From: an uncultured Bdellovibrionales bacterium
GTDB taxonomy: Bacteria; Patescibacteriota; Minisyncoccia; Moranbacterales; UBA1568
Reading direction: 5' to 3'
Assembly: GCA_964500505.1 (NCBI GenBank)
Contig: CAZCNN010000002.1
Coordinates: 4,081 to 68,080, forward strand
DNA length: 64,000 nt
This document shows, piece by piece, positions 46,218 to 54,789 of this stretch (within the stretch, counting starts at the first letter, position 1; each line of letters begins with the position of its first letter). The notes beneath the pieces were generated by a model, which ran no database searches, was not told the origin of the DNA, and was given only the letters and a program-made list of their open reading frames with translations. The position numbers and the translations under genes were made by a program.

Positions 46218-48344
46218 ATGAAATTTTGGCCCTTCAACAAAAAAGAGACGAACACGCCGGCACCTCTCGCTAACGAGGTTCCGTCTGTACCACGACACTG
46301 GGGCGTCATGGGCTGGCTGAGGCATGCTGGAGACTTCTTCCGCCACAGTTTCATGCGGATTTTCATGTTTATCCTCCTCATTCTGGTTTATATTTTTGCC
46401 AAGATTGCCTTTCATATCTGGTACTTCCGAGTCCTGTGGCGTGAAAAGCATAGCTCGAATCAGGATGCGGATGCGATGGGGACACCCTCGGAAATACTCT
46501 TTTCTCGTTTTTCGAGTCGACTTTTTCGGTTCTTTCATACGGCGAGTGGGGAGAGTATCGACAAGATTAATCTCATAGAGATTGCTATCCGCAACATGAA
46601 AGGAAAAAAGACTCGTACGGCGGTCACGATTGGTGGTATGGCCATAGGTATCGGGTCTATTGTGTTCCTCGTCTCTATCGGCTATGGTCTCCAGCGGTTA
46701 GTGATTTCTCAGGTGGCCAAACTGGAAGAAATGCAACAGGCCGATGTCTCGCTCCAACCTGGGGGCAAGATCAAAATCAGTGACGACACCATCAATGATT
46801 TTGCGCAAATTCCCAATGTACGGTCGGTGGCGCCACTTATTGGCGTCGTCGGCAGGGTCAACTATCAGAATTCTATCTCAGATATGGCGGTCTATGGTGT
46901 CACAGGAGAATACCTCAAGCAGTCCGCTATCAGACCAGTGCAAGGGAAGTTCTTTGAGAGTAATGACCTAGTCCTCTCATCGGGCGGAAGTGAGAGCGTG
47001 ACGCCAACTCGAGAGATTCCCAAAAAATCAGGCGATACGATCGGTGACATCGCTTTTTCTGGCAATGGACTCAATTGGGTACGGTTGAGAGAGGATCCAG
47101 ATTCGGATGCTCCGCTTTTGGGGTACGGCAAGGTAGAAACTTCCGAAGTGTTTGGGGCGATGGTGTGGGGTGGGAGCTACACCGCCAAGGACGAGTTCGG
47201 GAATGCTGCGACCGATGCCAATGGCAAAGCGCTTGGCAAGTGGGTTCGCGCGAGCTTCTCGGTGTTCGAAGAAACAGCGTGTTCCGAGACCGAGACAGAC
47301 TGTGTCGGGGGTACCTATCTCCTCCTTCGTGATGAAAACAATGACCCAGTGGTGAAGCAGGGTTACTTTGCGGTGACTGATGATTGGCTGGTTCTTCGTG
47401 AGCCGACCGCCAAGGAACTGGCGGAGCTCTCACAAGGGGGCGGTACTCTCCCGACGCTCAATATCAAGGATTCGGGTGACGGCTGGGTAGAGGTCGAAGG
47501 TGAGGGTGAAGTCACTGCCGAAGAAGCCGTTGAGCGCGTCGCTCTCTCATCGAGTGCTAAGCGCGAGGCCGTCGTCAGTCGGGCGATGCTCCGTATCCTC
47601 TCCATTGATGAGGCGACGGCAGTGGGGCAGACGTTCAATACCAGTTTTGTGATTACGAGTTCTCTCCTCCCGGACAGTCAGAAAAAAGTCGAGTCGGTTT
47701 CAGCTGATTATACGATTGTCGCCGTGATTCCTGAGGACAAAAGCCCGATATTTTATGTGCCCTTTATTGATCTCCGAGGTCTCGGTATCGAGTACTACTC
47801 TCAGGTCAAGATCACCGCAGCGAGCCAGGAAGTGCTCTCTGATGTACGGAAGCAGGTGGAGGGTATGGGCTATGTCACCACATCGGTCGCTGATACCGTC
47901 AGTCAGATTAATTCTTTTTTTGCCAGTGCTCGCATCATCCTCGGACTCCTCGGCATGGTGGCGCTTGGGGTGGCGGCGCTCGGAATGTTTAACACTCTCA
48001 CCGTGTCGCTCCTCGAGCGTACCCGTGAAGTTGGTCTCATGAAGGCTATCGGGATGAAATCAGTTGAGGTGCAGGAACTCTTTTTGACCGAGTCGATGGT
48101 AATGGCGTTCTTCGGTGGTATCTTGGGTCTCTTGGTCGGGCTCATTGGGGGCAAGGCCCTCGGGGCTGGACTCTCACTCCTCGCCATCTTCAAGGGAGCG
48201 GGAGCTATCGATGTCTCTTATATCCCACCATCGTTTATCGTGGCTATTCTGATTTTCTCCCTCATCGTCGGTATCGTCACTGGTATCTATCCAGCAAGAA
48301 GAGCGACCAGTATCTCAGCCTTGAATGCCCTCCGGTATGAATAA
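46218..48344 (+). CDS. ABC transporter permease, FtsX/MacB-like with large extracytoplasmic domain
   Basis: N-terminal TM, ~400-aa periplasmic-type domain, and C-terminal FtsX-like 3-TM bundle (MKAIGMKSVEVQELFLTESM...). Starts 4 nt after the ABC ATPase gene. Confidence 0.75.
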   Translation: MKFWPFNKKETNTPAPLANEVPSVPRHWGVMGWLRHAGDFFRHSFMRIFMFILLILVYIFAKIAFHIWYFRVLWREKHSSNQDADAMGTPSEILFSRFSSRLFRFFHTASGESIDKINLIEIAIRNMKGKKTRTAVTIGGMAIGIGSIVFLVSIGYGLQRLVISQVAKLEEMQQADVSLQPGGKIKISDDTINDFAQIPNVRSVAPLIGVVGRVNYQNSISDMAVYGVTGEYLKQSAIRPVQGKFFESNDLVLSSGGSESVTPTREIPKKSGDTIGDIAFSGNGLNWVRLREDPDSDAPLLGYGKVETSEVFGAMVWGGSYTAKDEFGNAATDANGKALGKWVRASFSVFEETACSETETDCVGGTYLLLRDENNDPVVKQGYFAVTDDWLVLREPTAKELAELSQGGGTLPTLNIKDSGDGWVEVEGEGEVTAEEAVERVALSSSAKREAVVSRAMLRILSIDEATAVGQTFNTSFVITSSLLPDSQKKVESVSADYTIVAVIPEDKSPIFYVPFIDLRGLGIEYYSQVKITAASQEVLSDVRKQVEGMGYVTTSVADTVSQINSFFASARIILGLLGMVALGVAALGMFNTLTVSLLERTREVGLMKAIGMKSVEVQELFLTESMVMAFFGGILGLLVGLIGGKALGAGLSLLAIFKGAGAIDVSYIPPSFIVAILIFSLIVGIVTGIYPARRATSISALNALRYE

Positions 48345-48386
48345 TTCATGTTAGAATAAGAGTAACTCGTGTAATATCTATTTTCT

Positions 48387-48833
48387 ATGGAAGTCCGCGA
48401 TATCATGACGACCAATATCATCTCCGTCAAGCCGACCAGTTCGGCTCAGGCGGTAGCTGACCTCATTACCCAGCACAAGATTCATGCTGTGCCTATCGTG
48501 AATGAACTCTTTGAACTGCAGGGTATCGTGGCGGAAGGAGACTTTTTTTATGGCCGGTCGGGTCCAGTATCGATGGCGTCGTACCTCGTGGGTCGGCTGA
48601 CCGCCAAAAAGGGGACGGTTGAGGGCAAGTCTCTGTCCGAGATCACCGTGGGAGAGATTATGACATCGCCCTGCATCTCTATCCTCCCAACCCTCTCGGT
48701 TGAGGAGGCAGGATGTCTCTGTGTCGAGAAGAATTTTAATACTATCCCCGTGGCCGATGAGGGTGGTACGCTCCTTGGTATCGTGACGGCTCACGATATC
48801 TTGAAAGCGCTCCTTCCCCAGTGCCAACGTTGA
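48387..48833 (+). CDS. CBS domain pair protein
   Basis: Two CBS-like repeats (IMTTNIISVKPTSS...HAVPIV; IMTSPCISI...IPVADEGGTLLGIVTAHDILKAL). Confidence 0.7.
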   Translation: MEVRDIMTTNIISVKPTSSAQAVADLITQHKIHAVPIVNELFELQGIVAEGDFFYGRSGPVSMASYLVGRLTAKKGTVEGKSLSEITVGEIMTSPCISILPTLSVEEAGCLCVEKNFNTIPVADEGGTLLGIVTAHDILKALLPQCQR

Positions 48834-50257
48834 TATTTATAGATTATTTTATGAAGCTTTCATTTCGGACCAAAATATACGGGAGTATCATTGTAACGGC
48901 GACATTCGCCTTCTCGGTGCTTTGTCTTTACCTGTGGTTTGCTGAAGAAAAAACCCTTGAGGAGCTTCAGGTATCCGATGCCAAGAATCGTTTGGCCACG
49001 CTGAGTCGTCTTGTTGAAAACGAGCTAGAACATCAGGTGAAGAAGCAAGCGGACTGGGCTCGTTGGGATGATACGTATCAGTTTGTGACAGACAAAAACG
49101 ACGCCTTTATTCTCTCCAACATGAACGATGAGTCGCTCAAGCTGATTGAGATTAACATGATGGCGTTTGTGAACAATGCTGGCGAGCTCGTCTATGGGAA
49201 GCAAGTCTACTCTGGCGAGCCAGGGGTACGGAGCATACCTGAAGAGTTCTCCAAGATGTTTACTGGCGAGAGCGCCCTTCTTGATTTTGACGAACTTATT
49301 TCTGACAAAAAGGGAATTCTGGTGACGCCTGATCATTTGCTCCTCGTGACGGCTCAGCCGATTACCACGAGTGATGGCAAGGGAGCAAGACGAGGGACGC
49401 TCATCTTTGCTCGTTATATTGATGACCAATATATTGACTCACTCAGTCAACTTTCGGGGCTCAATGTCTCGTTTCGGCCGTATGGATTCACGTCTCAGGC
49501 TGGAGATGCGATGCTTCGACGTGGCGTGCCGTTAGTGACGGTCAAGGAAGAGTTGGTAGAGGGGAGCCTCCTTATGGACAATATATTTGGCAATCCTTCG
49601 CTCACGCTTGGTGTCACGTATCCGGGCGAGATAATCGAAGGTGGGCACACCACAGTAGCACGGACGTTGGGGTCGCTCTTTCCTGGATTTCTCGTGTATC
49701 TGAGTCTTACCCTTTTGTGCATTGAAGTCTTTCTCGTTCGGCGTATTGAGCGTATTCGTGAGACGGTACGTCAGGTCAATGCCCTTCATCCTGGTGGGGC
49801 CGAGAAAGGTGACCTCGAGGATTTCTCATATCTGGCGACCGTCATGGCGGGTGCGATCGAAAAAGTTCGTCAGTCAGATGAACTCGCTGACGTCACGTGG
49901 AACGAAATTGCCAAGTTCCGCGTGGCTCTTGACCAGAGTTTTGATCACATGGTCATCACTGATGTAGACGGCAAGATCCTCTATGCCAACACCGCGGCCG
50001 AAAAGTTGACGGGGTACTCTCGTATTGAGATGCAGGGGAAGACGCCGGCCCTCTGGGGGCGCCAGATGCCACGGGAGTTCTATGAGAAATTTTGGGATTT
50101 GATCCGACGAGAAAAAAAGCCTTTTGAGGGTGTGGTCAAGAATAAACGAAAGGACGGGACGATTTATCAGGCCGAAGTGCGAGTAACGCCGGTCCTCGAT
50201 GATAAGAAACGAATTCTCTATTTTATTGGTGTCGAGCGTCCAGCCAAGCCGTGTTGA
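48821..50257 (+). CDS. membrane sensor protein with extracytoplasmic domain and C-terminal PAS domain (no kinase/output domain)
   Basis: N-terminal TM; second TM at ~aa 280. PAS-like block MVITDVDGKILYANTAAEKLTGYSRIEMQGKTPALWG. Ends after the PAS domain. Confidence 0.55.
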   Translation: MPTLIFIDYFMKLSFRTKIYGSIIVTATFAFSVLCLYLWFAEEKTLEELQVSDAKNRLATLSRLVENELEHQVKKQADWARWDDTYQFVTDKNDAFILSNMNDESLKLIEINMMAFVNNAGELVYGKQVYSGEPGVRSIPEEFSKMFTGESALLDFDELISDKKGILVTPDHLLLVTAQPITTSDGKGARRGTLIFARYIDDQYIDSLSQLSGLNVSFRPYGFTSQAGDAMLRRGVPLVTVKEELVEGSLLMDNIFGNPSLTLGVTYPGEIIEGGHTTVARTLGSLFPGFLVYLSLTLLCIEVFLVRRIERIRETVRQVNALHPGGAEKGDLEDFSYLATVMAGAIEKVRQSDELADVTWNEIAKFRVALDQSFDHMVITDVDGKILYANTAAEKLTGYSRIEMQGKTPALWGRQMPREFYEKFWDLIRREKKPFEGVVKNKRKDGTIYQAEVRVTPVLDDKKRILYFIGVERPAKPC

Positions 50258-50308
50258 GTACCAAATATTTGAAGGCCCAAGGGAGACTCTCGGGTTGTTT
50301 TGCGTATC

Positions 50309-50349
50309 TTGACGACATAAATTTAGCAATCTATAATTGAGAGTGCTAA
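50309..50349 (+). promoter_or_regulatory. groEL promoter (TTGACG-N18-TATAAT) overlapping CIRCE operator TTAGCAATC-N9-GAGTGCTAA (HrcA site)
   Basis: CIRCE halves at 50323-50331 and 50341-50349 match the consensus TTAGCACTC-N9-GAGTGCTAA at 17/18. The -10 TATAAT lies inside the 9-nt spacer. 18 nt upstream of the groEL ATG. Confidence 0.75.
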
Positions 50350-50367
50350 TGAAGTAATGATAAACAC

Positions 50368-52020
50368 ATGTCCAAACAGATAGCATATGGTGTCGATGCT
50401 CGTAAGAAAATCAAAGCAGGCATTGATCAGGTAGCGGAAGCGGTCAAAGTGACGCTTGGTCCGAAAGGACGTAACGTGATTTTGGGTAAGAGCTATGGTG
50501 GTCCGACTATCACCAATGATGGTGTTTCAATCGCCAAAGAAATAGAATTGGCCGATAAGCTCGAGAACCTCGGGGCCAGTCTCGTGAAGCAGGTAGCCGA
50601 AAAGACGAACGATGTCGCTGGTGATGGGACGACCACGGCGACTGTCATCACCCAGGCTCTCGTCCGGGATGGCCTCCGTGCGGTGGAAGCCGGGGCCAAT
50701 CCGGTCTCAGCACGCCATGGTATGGAAGAGGCCAAGGATGACTTGGTAACGCTCCTTAAGGGGAGTCGCAAGACGATGAACTCCAAAAAGGAAGTAGCTC
50801 AGGTGGCGACTATCTCTGCCGAATCAGCTGAGATGGGCAATCTCATCGCCGAAGTGATGGATATGGTAGGGCAGGATGGTGTGGTCACTACGGAAGAGTC
50901 GCAAACCTTTGGATTGTCCAAAGAAGTGGTTGAGGGAATGAATTTTGACAAGGGCTATATCTCACCGTATTTCATGACCAATGCAGAGGATCAACGGGCA
51001 GAGCTCATGAGTCCTACTATCCTCATAACGGATAAAAAGATTTCGGCCATAGCTGAGATTGTCCCGGTCCTCAATGAACTGGCCAAGACTGGTAAAAAGG
51101 ATATCGTCATCATTGCCGAAGACGTGGATGGGGAGGCCTTGGCCACACTCGTGGTGAACAAGCTCCGGGGAGTACTCAACGTATTGGCGCTCAAAGCACC
51201 GGACTATGGCGAAACGCGCAAAGCGATCCTTGAGGATATCGCCATTTTGACCGGGGCTCAAGTCATATCGGGAGACAAGGGGATGAAGCTTGAGGCAACC
51301 ACGCTCTCGATGCTCGGTTCTGCCCAAAAGGTCATCGCCACCAAGGACGACACTACCATTGTCGGAGGCAAAGGTACCAAGAAGGCCATCTCGAGACGGA
51401 TTGAAGAGCTGAAGGCACTGGTTGCGAAAGCCAAGAATGAGTACGAAGGTGAGAAATTACGCAAGCGCTTGGCCAAACTCACTGGTGGCGTAGCAGTCAT
51501 CCGAGTAGGGGCCGCGACTGAGACCGAACTCACCTACATGAAGCACAAGATGGAAGACGCGGTGGCCGCGACCAAGGCTGCTATCGAAGAGGGAATTGTC
51601 GCAGGCGGTGGGACTGCCCTTGTCAAAGCCTCCGTCAAAGCGCTTGAGGCGGTGAAGAAGCGTCGGGAATTTTCCGATCCAGACTACGCAGATTGGAAAG
51701 CGGGATACCTCGCGGTCCTCTCGGCCGTCAATGAACCACTCATGCAGATGGTGCGAAACGCTGGTGGTCATGAGCAAGTGGTGTTTGATAGAGTTGCTTC
51801 GGCCAAGACGGCCTACAGTGGGTATAATGTCCTCTCCGCTACGTATGAGGATGACATGCTCAAGGCGGGCATCATTGATCCGCTCAAGGTCACTCGTTCG
51901 GCTCTCGAGAATGCTGTCTCGGTGGCAGCGCTCCTCCTCACCACGGAAGCAGCCGTGGTCGAAGAAGAGAAGCCAGAGTCGCCGGCCCCGAGTATTCCCG
52001 GGATGGGTATGGGGATGTAG
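50368..52020 (+). CDS. groL: chaperonin GroEL (60 kDa)
   Basis: AVKVTLGPKGRNVIL, ATP-binding DGTTTATV, C-terminal GMGMGM tail. 550 aa. Confidence 0.95.
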   Translation: MSKQIAYGVDARKKIKAGIDQVAEAVKVTLGPKGRNVILGKSYGGPTITNDGVSIAKEIELADKLENLGASLVKQVAEKTNDVAGDGTTTATVITQALVRDGLRAVEAGANPVSARHGMEEAKDDLVTLLKGSRKTMNSKKEVAQVATISAESAEMGNLIAEVMDMVGQDGVVTTEESQTFGLSKEVVEGMNFDKGYISPYFMTNAEDQRAELMSPTILITDKKISAIAEIVPVLNELAKTGKKDIVIIAEDVDGEALATLVVNKLRGVLNVLALKAPDYGETRKAILEDIAILTGAQVISGDKGMKLEATTLSMLGSAQKVIATKDDTTIVGGKGTKKAISRRIEELKALVAKAKNEYEGEKLRKRLAKLTGGVAVIRVGAATETELTYMKHKMEDAVAATKAAIEEGIVAGGGTALVKASVKALEAVKKRREFSDPDYADWKAGYLAVLSAVNEPLMQMVRNAGGHEQVVFDRVASAKTAYSGYNVLSATYEDDMLKAGIIDPLKVTRSALENAVSVAALLLTTEAAVVEEEKPESPAPSIPGMGMGM

Positions 52021-52055
52021 TATGTAGAATGTTGAATGAAGAGAAATGGTAAAAA

Positions 52056-52081
52056 GAGGCTCAGTAGAGCCTCTTTTCTGT
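52056..52081 (+). terminator. rho-independent terminator after groEL (AGAGGCTC-AGTA-GAGCCTCT + TTTCT)
   Basis: Perfect 8-bp stem 35 nt after the groEL stop. Confidence 0.7.
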
Positions 52082-52186
52082 ATCATTTGGCAAAAATACT
52101 ACAACAGTATACAGTAGAAATGTTTTGGGAAACTCCCAAACCGTTCAGTGATGGACGAAACGCACGTTTGAAAAGGAGACTTTCTC

Positions 52187-52801
52187 ATGACTCCCTCGAC
52201 TCCTCCTGATACAGCGTACTTCACCTGCAAGCAGGTGGTGCTACTGCCGTCTGGTCGGGTGCATCGGGGCATCACAGCCAAGCTTTTTCCAAGTACCTAC
52301 TTCAGTGCCTGGAGCAGAAAGGAACTCACTCCCGATCTGCGACTCGACATCGGTACTCGCGTGTCGCGCTTGGTGCTACCGACCCTTGACCCAGTCGAGG
52401 TCACTCATATCCCTGTTCGGCGGGCAGCCTTCTGCTGGTGGCCCCGTCAGGGCGTTCCGGTGACCTGGGGCGATGTCTATCGGAGTTTCCCGCGGCACGG
52501 TGTGAAGCCCGACGATCACCAGGTGACTCCTTGGCAGTATCTTCAGGAACTCGCCTTCGGCTGGGACTCTGTTCCAGCTATTATCCCACGCAACGATCGT
52601 GGGGCACTGTTTATGCTCGGCGATGCTGGCTGTGACAAGCCCACGCCATCGGGAGCAATGGTCAGGGGGAAGGAAAAATTTCTGGTACAACTCAGTTTCT
52701 TCACCCCGGTGAGCGTGGCTACTTGGACGCTGGGATTGCCGGATCGAGAGACGAGTGACCAGATTCTGCCCCCAGATATGACTATCATCACTGTTGAATG
52801 A
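52187..52801 (+). CDS. hypothetical protein, high-GC orphan gene
   Basis: ATG preceded by AAAGGAG (8-nt spacer). 204 aa with no recognisable motif. Multiple shadow ORFs reflect local GC richness. A hairpin + T-run follows at ~52816-52860. Confidence 0.35.
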   Translation: MTPSTPPDTAYFTCKQVVLLPSGRVHRGITAKLFPSTYFSAWSRKELTPDLRLDIGTRVSRLVLPTLDPVEVTHIPVRRAAFCWWPRQGVPVTWGDVYRSFPRHGVKPDDHQVTPWQYLQELAFGWDSVPAIIPRNDRGALFMLGDAGCDKPTPSGAMVRGKEKFLVQLSFFTPVSVATWTLGLPDRETSDQILPPDMTIITVE

Positions 52802-53037
52802 GTGATGGGTCGCCACTCCTCCTCCTTGTCTGCGGACCGGGCAGGAGTTTTTTCTTTTTTTGGCTCTGTTCCTATGCTATACTTGAAACAAATACAGATA
52901 CAAAACCATGCCCGGTAGTGAGATTTCGACCAAGCATCTTTTGTTGATTACCTATCGCGAGCATGTCTGTAAAAATAAAGTAAACAGGTAGTTTTTGACA
53001 TTTCGTTTTGAAACTGTCGAAATTCTACTGACCGGGT

Positions 53038-54786
53038 ATGCGCATTGAACTCAAACAACTGGAGCAGTTTTTGCTTGATTCGAGTCTCGTCCCGAAGGAT
53101 AGTCTGACGGAGGCGGTGGTGCTTGCCCAAAAAGAACAAAAAGACTTGGGAGCGCTCCTCCTCGAAAAAAATCTCATCAAAGAGGCGGATCTCCAAAAGA
53201 CCTACGCCTATATTCTCGGGTTTCCGTTTGTTGATCTCTCCCGTGAGGCCGTCCCGATTGAGATTCTTCAGATTGTCCCAGAGCTGATTGCCAAAAAATA
53301 CAATATTGTTTCGTTTGAAAAGAGCGGGACCAATTTGAAGGTGGCCATGCTCAATCCTGATGACCTCCAGACAATCGATTTCATCAAGAAAAAAACGGGA
53401 CTCAAGATTGTGCCGTGCCTCACCAGTCGGGAGAGTATCCAGAGTGTCCTCCGGCAGTACGGCAAGAGTCTCGAGGCCGAGTTCGGCGATATTTTGACTG
53501 CCGATGTGAAGACTGAGGGAGAAGGAGAGGATGGACAGAACCTCGAGGCAGTCGCAGCCGGACTCCCAGTCATCCGAGTCGTTGATACGCTCCTGAAGCA
53601 CGCCATCCTCCAGTCGGCGAGTGATATTCATATCGAACCTGAAGAAAAAGAGGTCCACGTGCGCTACCGCATCGATGGAGTGCTCCACGATGCGATGACC
53701 CTTCCCAAGGATGTGGCGCTCGGGCTCGTGGCTCGTATTAAGGTCCTTTCCAATCTGAAACTCGATGAGCATCGACTGCCTCAGGACGGTCGCTTCAAGA
53801 TTGAAAAGGACGATTACAAGATTTCCTTTCGGGTGAGCATCCTCCCAGTGTTTGATGGTGAGAAGATCGTCATGCGTCTCCTCGATGAATCCTCCAAGGG
53901 ACTGACACTTGAGAAGATGGGACTGAACGGTCAGGCACTCGAAGCCGTGCATCGGGAAATCAACAAGCCAAACGGCATGATCCTCGTGACTGGTCCGACC
54001 GGTTCCGGGAAGACGACGACCTTGTATACGGTCATGGATATCCTGAACACGCCCGAGGTCAATGTCTCGACCGTTGAAGACCCAGTCGAATATCGGATGC
54101 CTCGGGTCAACCAGACTCAGATTCAGCCCAAAGTTGGCATGACCTTTGCCGCTGCGCTCCGGGCTCTCCTCCGGCAGGACCCGGATATCATCATGGTCGG
54201 TGAAATCCGTGACCAGGAGACGCTTGAGATCGCTATGCATGCCGCGATGACTGGTCACCTCGTCCTCTCGACTCTCCACACCAACTCGGCCGCGGCTACC
54301 CTCCCACGTATGCTCGATATGGGAGCGGAGCCGTTTCTCATTGCCTCGACCGTAAACGTCATCATCGCTCAGCGTCTGGTTCGTCGTCTCTGCCCCGAAT
54401 GTCGGGCCGAGTACAAGCTCGAGAAGAAAGAAATTGAGTTACTTGGTAAGTCCTACAATTTGGATGCGGTCTTTGAATACCTGAAAAAAGCCCCGGAGAG
54501 CAAGAAGTTTGTGGAAGCAGCTAAGTCTTGGGAAGAGGTGTCGTTTTACAAGGCGGCCGGGTGTGACCAGTGTGGCGGTGAGGGGTACCGGGGACGAAAC
54601 GGTATCTATGAGGTGCTCGCTATGGATACCAATATCCGCAAACTCGTGACCCAGGCCGCGACGACCGAAGAGATAGAGACGGAAGCGCGCAAGACCGGTA
54701 TGGCTACTATGGTCGAAGATGGATTCTCCAAAATTGTTCAGGGAGTGACCTCACTCGAAGAAGTGATGCGTGCGACGAAAGAGTAG
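53038..54786 (+). CDS. type II secretion/type IV pilus assembly ATPase (GspE/PilB family)
   Basis: N-terminal T2SSE_N domain. Walker A GPTGSGKTTT. Asp and His boxes. C-terminal tetracysteine CPEC...CDQCGG. Confidence 0.85.
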   Translation: MRIELKQLEQFLLDSSLVPKDSLTEAVVLAQKEQKDLGALLLEKNLIKEADLQKTYAYILGFPFVDLSREAVPIEILQIVPELIAKKYNIVSFEKSGTNLKVAMLNPDDLQTIDFIKKKTGLKIVPCLTSRESIQSVLRQYGKSLEAEFGDILTADVKTEGEGEDGQNLEAVAAGLPVIRVVDTLLKHAILQSASDIHIEPEEKEVHVRYRIDGVLHDAMTLPKDVALGLVARIKVLSNLKLDEHRLPQDGRFKIEKDDYKISFRVSILPVFDGEKIVMRLLDESSKGLTLEKMGLNGQALEAVHREINKPNGMILVTGPTGSGKTTTLYTVMDILNTPEVNVSTVEDPVEYRMPRVNQTQIQPKVGMTFAAALRALLRQDPDIIMVGEIRDQETLEIAMHAAMTGHLVLSTLHTNSAAATLPRMLDMGAEPFLIASTVNVIIAQRLVRRLCPECRAEYKLEKKEIELLGKSYNLDAVFEYLKKAPESKKFVEAAKSWEEVSFYKAAGCDQCGGEGYRGRNGIYEVLAMDTNIRKLVTQAATTEEIETEARKTGMATMVEDGFSKIVQGVTSLEEVMRATKE

Positions 54787-54789
54787 AGA

